DNA of 64,000 nucleotides from Bacillota bacterium (GTDB lineage Bacteria; Bacillota; Clostridia; Christensenellales; UMGS416): NCBI GenBank assembly GCA_023398815.1, contig JAEWRW010000010.1, positions 2,316 to 66,315 of the forward strand, read 5' to 3'. Shown piece by piece: positions 56,406 to 64,000 of this stretch (position 1 is its first letter; each line of letters starts with the position of its first letter). The notes under the pieces were generated by a model. It saw only the letters and a program-made list of their open reading frames with translations, ran no database searches and was not told where the DNA came from. The position numbers and the translations under genes were made by a program.

Positions 56406-56591
56406 CCGGGTACCCGCCCAAAGACCCACAACGAAAAGGCTGTCGACAAAGTCGGCAGCCTTTCGCGTCGGACGCTGCAGTGCTCTTCAGCATTGCTTTG
56501 CCCGTATCCTTGCAGGTTGCTTGGCGCGCCCCACCCCTTGACGGCGCCTGCTGCACCGGGTATCCTCTGTGCCGATGGGGAGGTGGCTGAC

Positions 56592-57068
56592 ATGGCAGAG
56601 AGGGTTCGCGTGCTCATCACGGGCATGTCCGGGGTGGGCAAGAGTACCGCGCTCATGGGCTTGCGCGCTTTGGGCCACACGGTGGTGGAGACTGACACCG
56701 ACCAGTGGAGCCACTGGGTGACGCTGGCCGATGGCTCGCAGGATTGGGTCTGGCGGAAGGATGCCATCGAGGCGCTGCTGACCGGCCACCGGCAGGGCAA
56801 GCTCTTTGTGGCCGGGTGCAAGAGCAATCAAGGGCGGTTCTACCCGCTCTTTGAGCACGTGGTGCTGCTGAGCGCACCGGCCGAGGTGCTGCTCGGGCGC
56901 ATCGCCCGGCGCACCAACAACCCCTATGGCAAGCGGCCGGAGGAGCGGCTGCTCATTCTTCAACACCTGCAGGAAGTCGAGCCCCTGCTGCGGGCCACAG
57001 CGACCGATGAAATTGACGCCACCCTGCCGCTGGCAGAGGTGGTGCGGCGGCTGGACGCGCTGGAATAG
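56592..57068 (+). CDS. P-loop NTPase (AAA/shikimate-kinase-like small kinase)
   Basis: 158 aa with Walker A ITGMSGVGKST. RBS GGAGGTG. Confidence 0.65.
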   Translation: MAERVRVLITGMSGVGKSTALMGLRALGHTVVETDTDQWSHWVTLADGSQDWVWRKDAIEALLTGHRQGKLFVAGCKSNQGRFYPLFEHVVLLSAPAEVLLGRIARRTNNPYGKRPEERLLILQHLQEVEPLLRATATDEIDATLPLAEVVRRLDALE

Positions 57069-57215
57069 CCGCGCGTTCACGCCCCGTTTGGGGGCAGAGC
57101 GCCTGTCAAATCCGAATATTTTGCTATAAGTCAAAAGAATACCACATTGTATCTTCGCGCCCCTTTCGGTAAAATAAGGCAGATTGACACGAAACCTGGA
57201 ACGGGGGAGCACCGC

Positions 57216-58197
<982 letters not shown>

Positions 58198-58214
<17 letters not shown>

Positions 58215-59007
58215 GTACGGCAAGGCGTTCTCCCTGGGCCTGGCCAGCGCCATGGAGTACCGCGCGGATTTCATCCTGAGCATGGTGAGCGCGCTGTGGC
58301 CCATCTTCCTGCAGTTCTTCCTGTGGACGTGCATCTACGGCGGCGCAGGCACCGGCGAGCTTTTCGGCTACACCTACGGCCAGATGATCGCCTACACCAT
58401 CATCGCCAACGTGGTGCAGCGGTTGGGGCGCACGGGCTTTGAGTACGATATGAACGACGACATCAAGAACGGCGGGCTCGATAAGTTTCTGGTGCGGCCG
58501 GTGGGGTACTTCCCCTACCGCATGGCGTCCTTCACCGGGGGCAAGGCGGCCCAGTTCGTGGTGGTGTTCCTCTTTCTGCTGGTGGCCATCGTGGGCATCA
58601 ACATGGCTTATGGGCCCATCATCGCACCGGTCAACGTGCTCTGGTTCCTGTTGAGCCTGGTGCTGGCGCTGGTGCTCAATTTCATCATCTTCTTCTGCGT
58701 GGGCATGCTGGCCTTCCAGTTCTCGGAGATCGGCTTCCTCTACGAAGCCGTGCGCATCGTGTTCATCGCCTTCAGCGGCGGCATCTTCCCGCTTGATGTG
58801 TTCGGCGAAGGGGTGGTGCGGGTCATGCGCTTCCTGCCGTTCCTGTATACCGTCAACTTCCCGGTGGATGTGCTGACGGGCCGCATGGCCGGCGGCGAGG
58901 TCGTGCTGGGCTGCCTGGTGCAGCTCATCTGGATCGGCGCGCTGTCGTTCCTTTCGGTGCGGCTGTGGAACCTGGGGCTCAAGAAATACATCGCGGCGGG
59001 GGGCTGA
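58198..59007 (+). CDS. ABC-2 family permease (first of a pair)
   Basis: 269 aa, about 6 TM segments. The start overlaps the ATPase stop by 17 nt. MASWGKYGKAFSLGLASAMEYRADFIL. Confidence 0.75.
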
Positions 59008-59010
59008 GGC

Positions 59011-59823
59011 ATGAAGCGACTGTGGACCGAACTTAAAAAACACGCGTTCATCTGGTACGTGTTCATGAAGAACAGCCTCATCGCCCAGCTGGAGTACCGG
59101 GTCAACTTCTTCACGGGCCTGGCGATGGAGATGGGGTATCTCTTAGCCAAGCTCCTCTATGTCATCGTTGTCTACCGCGCCGGCAGCACGATCAACGGCC
59201 TCTCCGGCGATGAGGTGCTGATCTTCGTGGGCGCGTTCGTCATCACCACGGCCTTTTACGCCGGGTTCTTCATGCGCAACAACTTCGCCCTGGGCGACCA
59301 CATCCGCAACGGCACGCTGGATTTCTTCATCGTCAAGCCCGTGTCGCTGCAGTTCATGGCGACGCTGCGCATCAGCGACTTTGCGCTCTTCCTCACCGAT
59401 TTTGTGGCAGGCGTCGTCATGGTGGCCATCGGGTGGAGCCACTGCGAGGTGCCCATCAGTCTCTTGAACCTCGCGGGCTTTGTGGGTTACATGCTCTGCG
59501 GCGTCATCATGGGCTACTCGCTGTTCCTCTTCCCCATGATCTTCTCGTTCTGGTTCGTCAAATCCGGCGCGCTGGCCGGCGTGGTCGATTCGTTCTGGGA
59601 TTTCAACAACCTGCCGATGGGCATCTACCCCAAGCTCGTGCAGAACATTGGCACGTTCCTCATCCCCATCTTCGTGGTCACCAACTTCCCGGTGCTCTTC
59701 GTGCTGGGCAAGATGAGCCCCCTCTATGCCGTGTGGGGCATCCTGGGGCCCTTCGTCTGCTTCGGATTGACGCGGCTGCTGTGGAAGGTGGCCGTGAAGC
59801 AGTACAGCAGCGCCAGCAGCTGA
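59011..59823 (+). CDS. ABC-2 family permease (second of a pair)
   Basis: 270 aa, about 6 TM segments. Has the same LEYRVNFF motif class as the preceding permease. Confidence 0.75.
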   Translation: MKRLWTELKKHAFIWYVFMKNSLIAQLEYRVNFFTGLAMEMGYLLAKLLYVIVVYRAGSTINGLSGDEVLIFVGAFVITTAFYAGFFMRNNFALGDHIRNGTLDFFIVKPVSLQFMATLRISDFALFLTDFVAGVVMVAIGWSHCEVPISLLNLAGFVGYMLCGVIMGYSLFLFPMIFSFWFVKSGALAGVVDSFWDFNNLPMGIYPKLVQNIGTFLIPIFVVTNFPVLFVLGKMSPLYAVWGILGPFVCFGLTRLLWKVAVKQYSSASS

Positions 59824-59865
59824 GGAATTGCAGGCTGTCGACAAAGTCGACAGCCTGTCGTGTAC

Positions 59866-60138
59866 GCCGCTGCGGCGACGTCCACGATTCAGATAGCTTG
59901 TTCTTGCTTTCGCGAGATCGGTCGCCGCACATGTCGCCGACCGATATCAGACTGTAGCTCTCATGCGGATCTCTAAGGATGCGTTGCGCTGGCAGGCGGG
60001 TTTTCTTTTCTGCTCGCACCAGCCTTTCCTTTCCTCCCGCCAAATGAATCGGCGGGAGGTTCGTCACCCTCTGCTCGTTCCAATGGGTTTGTTGGCACTC
60101 TGAACGCCCGCGAAGACCTTGTCTCCGCGGGCGTTTTC
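59866..60138 (+). repeat. R2 repeat copy 2, ending in an intrinsic terminator (60103-60138)
   Basis: Aligns with 1303-1569. Hairpin GATCGGTCG-CCGCACATGTCGC-CGACCGAT at 59916-59945. Also CCTCCCGCC-AAATGAATC-GGCGGGAGG, and terminator ACGCCCGCG..CGCGGGCGT followed by TTTT. Confidence 0.8.
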
Positions 60139-60154
60139 ATTCCTTCCAAGCCCC

Positions 60155-60880
60155 TTACCCCCGCCCCCTGGGCGCAATCAGTGGCCGCCCATCCAGGAAG
60201 TGCCGGTACCGCATGAGGTCGGCGGGTGGGAAGGGCCGCCCGTGGCTGGGGATGATACGGGTGGGTTGCAGGGCCAGCATGGTATCCCAGGAGCGGCCAA
60301 AGGCGTCGCTGTCCTCAATCCAGATGGTGTGGCGGGCCACGCTGATGACCGCGTTCATCGCCGCATCACCGCAGAGGAGCTCGCCGGTGTCCTCCCGCAG
60401 GAGGCCGATGGAGTCGCTGGTGTGACCGGGGAGGAAGAGGATGGTGAGCGGCAGCCCCAGAGTGTGGAAGAACTGGTCGTCCGGCCCGCTCACCGGGATG
60501 GCACGGTCGCCCGGCTCCACCGGTGGGAAGCTGAAGTCCCTTTTGAACCGGCTGAAGAGCGACGCAGGCCAGGAGGAGTACCCCGCATCGGCTGGCTCGT
60601 TGCTGCGGCCCGCCGCCAGCGCCGGCAGGCCCACGGGGTTGAGGATGACCTGCGCCCCGGTGCGCGCCAGCAGCGCCGCCAGGAACCCGGCGTGGTCGTC
60701 GTGGTGGTGGGTCAGGAAGATGTATTTGAGATCCTCCACCGAGGCCAGCCGAGCGAAGCGCCGCAGGAATTCGTCCTCGCCGCCGGGGTAACCGGTGTCG
60801 ATGGCGATCCACCCGGCGGGCGTCTCGATGAGGTAGTTGTTGACAACATAGCCGCCAATGTTGTGGATGCGAATGGACAT
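60155..60880 (-). CDS. MBL-fold metallo-hydrolase
   Basis: IFLTHHHDDHAGF is the HxHxDH motif. 241 aa from MSIRIH. RBS AAGGGGG. Confidence 0.85.
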   Translation of the reverse strand: MSIRIHNIGGYVVNNYLIETPAGWIAIDTGYPGGEDEFLRRFARLASVEDLKYIFLTHHHDDHAGFLAALLARTGAQVILNPVGLPALAAGRSNEPADAGYSSWPASLFSRFKRDFSFPPVEPGDRAIPVSGPDDQFFHTLGLPLTILFLPGHTSDSIGLLREDTGELLCGDAAMNAVISVARHTIWIEDSDAFGRSWDTMLALQPTRIIPSHGRPFPPADLMRYRHFLDGRPLIAPRGRG

Positions 60881-61050
60881 GGACAAGCCCCCTTTTGCCA
60901 TAGTTTACCATTGACGTGGGCAGAAAAACAGGGCCGGTGTAAGCCGGCCCCATTGGGTTGAGCAGGTGATGCTTGGCCCCGTGCGGCACTCGCGGTGCTG
61001 CAGGCGTTGTCCCCGCGGCTCGCATGGTGTGGCGCACCTTTGCCGCCGTC

Positions 61051-62673
61051 TTACCTTCCCCCCGCCACCGCCAGCATGACCACCAAGTACACCGACAGCG
61101 CCGCGATGAAGATGAGCGAGAACGCGAAGGCCACACGGATGACTTTGTTCTCCTCGCCGATGCGGTCGATGGAGGCCGCGGCGTTCTGGAGCTTGGCCGG
61201 GGAGATGACGCTGGCCAGCCCGCCGCCAAAGGCGAGGCCCGCCACGATGATGAGGATGCTGTGCTGCCCCAGGCCGAGGTTGGTGGCCGTCGTCATGGCG
61301 TACTTGGCAAACATGGCAATGGTGGAGGCCTCGCTGCCGGTGAGGAACCCGCCGAAGAGCCCGATGACCCCGACGATGGCCCCATAGGCCGAGTGGAACA
61401 GGTTGGCCGAGGCGTCGGCCAACACCTTGATCATGCTGTCGGTGGCGTAGGCCCCGCTGGCCATGTCGAAGCCCGAGAGGTTCATGACTTCGCCTATGGC
61501 GAAGAAGACGGCCGCCGCAAACACCGGCCGGGGGGCGCGCTTGAGCCACGCGCGGGCCGTGTCCTTCAGCTGGGCGGCGGTGGGCCGCAGGAAGAAGAGC
61601 GACAGCACCGTGCTCACCAGGATCCAGGTGTAGGCGTTCCACAGGAAGCGGGTGGCGATGTCGCTGCCATCGGCTGAGAGCCCGTGGATGGGGAAGAGCA
61701 ACACCCGGTAGAGTTCGTTGAAGATGGGCTGGGGGACGTTAATGACGAGGATGAGCGCGACGAGCAGAATCCAGGGCGACAGGGCGCGCCACAGCGGGTA
61801 GTCCCGCTCCAGCTGGCGCTCCTTCTCGGTCAGGCTGCTCCGGTCGATGATGGGCTTGCCCGTCACCTTGAGGTACGCCAGCATCGCCAGGATGACGCCG
61901 ATGCCGCAGAACACGCCGGTCAGCACCACGAGGTTGTCCACCTTACTGGTGAAGTAGGAGATGACGCCGATAACCACGCCCATGACAAGGCTGGGCAGCA
62001 GGCCCTGCCGCACGCCATTGCCCCGCCCGGTGATCCACAGCATCGCCAGGCCAATCATCACCGAGGTGAGGGGCAGGAACCAGGCGAACACCTGTCCGGC
62101 GTCCGAGAGAGTGATGGCCGCCCCTGCCGTGAGGATGCCGGCCTTGGTGAGGAAGCTGTTGGCGATATCCACAAACACCACGATGGGCGCACCCAAAAGC
62201 GCGTAGGTGCACAGGGAGTCGTAGCCAATGGCCGGCAGGGCGATGGCCACATAGGTGGAGTAGCCCATGGCCAGCAGGATGGGCGGCAGCAGCGACACCG
62301 GCGTGGCACCCACCGCCACCATCAGCGTGCCAAAGCCGATGTTGATGAGTATGATCTGCACGGCGCGGTTCTCCCGCGCGATGGTCTTGATGAACACGAT
62401 GATGCGCCGGAGGGCCCCGGTCTTTTCCATCAGCGCCATCTGCAGCAGCGACGTGGCCACGATGAGCGACACCGAGAAGGACTTGATGAGCCCGGCCAGG
62501 GTGGAGCGGGCCACAACCTCCAGCGACGTGTGGAAGAACGCCATCGCCACCGCGGCGATGACCAGAAGGCCCACCACGCCCGAGACGTCCGCCGAGCGCT
62601 TGAACACCACAAGCAGCACGATGATCACGAGGATGGGCGCAAGGGTTAAAAGCAGGGACACGGGCCGCACCAA
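61051..62673 (-). CDS. lctP: L-lactate permease (LctP family)
   Basis: 540 aa, more than 12 TM segments. The N-terminal and central segments resemble LctP/GlcA-type permeases. Confidence 0.7.
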   Translation of the reverse strand: MVRPVSLLLTLAPILVIIVLLVVFKRSADVSGVVGLLVIAAVAMAFFHTSLEVVARSTLAGLIKSFSVSLIVATSLLQMALMEKTGALRRIIVFIKTIARENRAVQIILINIGFGTLMVAVGATPVSLLPPILLAMGYSTYVAIALPAIGYDSLCTYALLGAPIVVFVDIANSFLTKAGILTAGAAITLSDAGQVFAWFLPLTSVMIGLAMLWITGRGNGVRQGLLPSLVMGVVIGVISYFTSKVDNLVVLTGVFCGIGVILAMLAYLKVTGKPIIDRSSLTEKERQLERDYPLWRALSPWILLVALILVINVPQPIFNELYRVLLFPIHGLSADGSDIATRFLWNAYTWILVSTVLSLFFLRPTAAQLKDTARAWLKRAPRPVFAAAVFFAIGEVMNLSGFDMASGAYATDSMIKVLADASANLFHSAYGAIVGVIGLFGGFLTGSEASTIAMFAKYAMTTATNLGLGQHSILIIVAGLAFGGGLASVISPAKLQNAAASIDRIGEENKVIRVAFAFSLIFIAALSVYLVVMLAVAGGR

Positions 62674-62855
62674 CTTTCCGTATGAGTTTGTAACCGGGGA
62701 GTGTTGCTTTATCAGGGTAAAGTTAATGGTGCAATCATATCACAAGCGTATCGAACTGAAAAGGAAAAAAACGGAATTTGTCAGGCTGACGAGCCGGGAC
62801 TGGAGCATTGCCGGGGGCGATCGGAGAGGGCCCGGAGTGCCTGAGCGGTGCCGAC

Positions 62856-63293
62856 TCAGGGTTGTCCTGCAAACGCCCGCAGGATGGCCTCGGCCCGCTC
62901 CCGGCCAAACCAGCCTTCCCCATCGTACCGCCCGGGGTAGAGCCGCCGCAAAAGCTCCTTCTCCCCATCCGACAGTTGGGCATAGTCGGTCTCGACCCGC
63001 CCCAGTGGAAGGGCCAGCAGCTTGTTGTCGCCGTCGCGCCGCACAAACACGCCGATGAGCTTCACCGGTACCGCATCGCCCAGCTCGCATGGTTCCCCCG
63101 ATACCAGCAACACATCGAGATGCCTTTGGGGCGGCGCCCCGTACCCCTGCAGCCACCCGTAGGGGTAGGGAACGCCCTTGGCGTTGCCCAGGCTCTGCCA
63201 CTGGGTCTCCACAAACGTGTTGGTTTCCGGCAGGTACTCCATCCTCTTCGGGTACCGGTGAGTTTGCTCCACCACCATAAAAAATGAATCCAT
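62856..63293 (-). CDS. Inorganic pyrophosphatase-fold protein with degenerate active-site motif
   Basis: 145 aa. PYPYGWLQGYGAPPQRHLDVLLVS aligns with the family I PPase YGFIP..DGDPxDVLV region but keeps only the last Asp. DGDNKLLAL is retained. Confidence 0.5.
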   Translation of the reverse strand: MDSFFMVVEQTHRYPKRMEYLPETNTFVETQWQSLGNAKGVPYPYGWLQGYGAPPQRHLDVLLVSGEPCELGDAVPVKLIGVFVRRDGDNKLLALPLGRVETDYAQLSDGEKELLRRLYPGRYDGEGWFGRERAEAILRAFAGQP

Positions 63294-63324
63294 GGGGCCT
63301 CCTTCGTCGCGCGAGCGCGCCGCG

Positions 63325-63930
63325 TCAGTGCTTCTCGCTCACCAGCACCGACTCCACCGCGCAATAGCGGTCGCCACTCAGGCGGCCCAGCGGGTCGAGC
63401 CCGCGCCAATCCACCTCCCGCCCGTCGATGAGCAGATCGTCCCGCACGTGCAGGGAGAGCACCCGGCCCAGAATGAGATTGCCGGCGTTGGGGCCCTCGT
63501 CCACCCGCACGATGCGCTCCAGCGCGCACTCGAAGGCCACCCGGGCTTCCGCCACCCGGCAGGGCCGCACCATACGGGAAGGCGCAAGGCGGATGTCCGG
63601 CAGCAGGGCTTCGTCCTCGCCGGCGGGGAGGGCCGCCGCCGTGCGCTCCATGGCGTGCAGCAGTTCGGTGGAGACGAGGTTGACTACGAACTCTCCGGTC
63701 TGCTCGATGTTGACGACCGTGTCCTTCCGGGTGCCGTCGGCGCGGTTGACGACCGACACCGCCAGCACCGGCGGGTGCCACTGCACCCCGGTGAAGAAGC
63801 TGAAGGGAGCGAGGTTGTGCCGCCCCGCGCCGTCCACGGTGGCCACCCAGGCAATGGGGCGGGGGATGAGGCAGCTCGTCAGCAGGTCGTGGGCATGCCG
63901 GGGTTCCAGGGCGTTGAGGTCGATGTCCAT
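63325..63930 (-). CDS. Flavin reductase-like (FMN-binding split-barrel) protein
   Basis: LLTSCLIPRPIAWVATVDGAGRHNLAPFSFFTGV is the typical flavin-reductase-domain motif. RBS AAGGAGGGG before MDIDLN. Confidence 0.8.
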   Translation of the reverse strand: MDIDLNALEPRHAHDLLTSCLIPRPIAWVATVDGAGRHNLAPFSFFTGVQWHPPVLAVSVVNRADGTRKDTVVNIEQTGEFVVNLVSTELLHAMERTAAALPAGEDEALLPDIRLAPSRMVRPCRVAEARVAFECALERIVRVDEGPNAGNLILGRVLSLHVRDDLLIDGREVDWRGLDPLGRLSGDRYCAVESVLVSEKH

Positions 63931-64000
63931 CGGTTCCCCTCCTTGGCTCGTTTCGTCCATTGTAGCAAGCTGGATGGCATTGTCAAAGGCGGGCAGGCGC

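Overview
This is a 64-kb chromosomal window from a high-GC (roughly 63-65% by eye) Gram-positive anaerobe. GGAGG-type ribosome binding sites and the gene content (FeFe hydrogenase, RtcB, LicD, P-II/Amt) point to Clostridia/Oscillospirales; that placement is an inference. I call about 45 protein genes, mostly housekeeping or envelope functions:
- Core and metabolic genes: murA, rho, dnaN, tilS-hpt, amtB-glnK, uraA, flavodoxin, comB-like phosphatase, lactate permease, and a GltD-fused [FeFe] hydrogenase.
- Signalling and regulation: two c-di-GMP signalling proteins and MarR, MerR and TetR regulators.
- Envelope and surface: two LicD-containing fusion enzymes, GT2 glycosyltransferases, and two large secreted FN3-array proteins.
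- RNA genes: a tRNA-Gln(CTG)/tRNA-Glu(CTC) pair.

No transposase, integrase, phage gene or CRISPR array is visible.

The most unusual points:
1. About 12% of the window is a multi-module, hairpin-rich mosaic repeat family. Seven copies start 0-10 nt after the stop codon of unrelated genes, always in the orientation of that gene. Several hairpins keep their loop sequence while the stems covary.
2. A TetR-linked locus encodes a MACPF pore-forming-domain lipoprotein with a threefold MABP/beta-prism-like C-terminus. It sits next to a P-loop NTPase and a three-gene ABC-2 transporter.
3. A DnaA-box cluster (oriC-like) lies about 4 kb upstream of a dnaN that has no adjacent dnaA.
4. Rho carries a long Pro/Ala-rich and then Asn/Gln/Gly-rich N-terminal insertion.
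5. Four genes carry single-site disruptions: rtcB has an in-frame TAG, and a nucleotidyltransferase, a DUF3793 remnant and a solute-binding protein are frameshifted. One GGDEF gene is possibly disrupted as well. These may be real pseudogenes or assembly indels.
6. Inverted repeats of about 230-255 nt bracket a 5.7-kb gene segment.

All calls come from reading the sequence and the ORF track. No database search was run.
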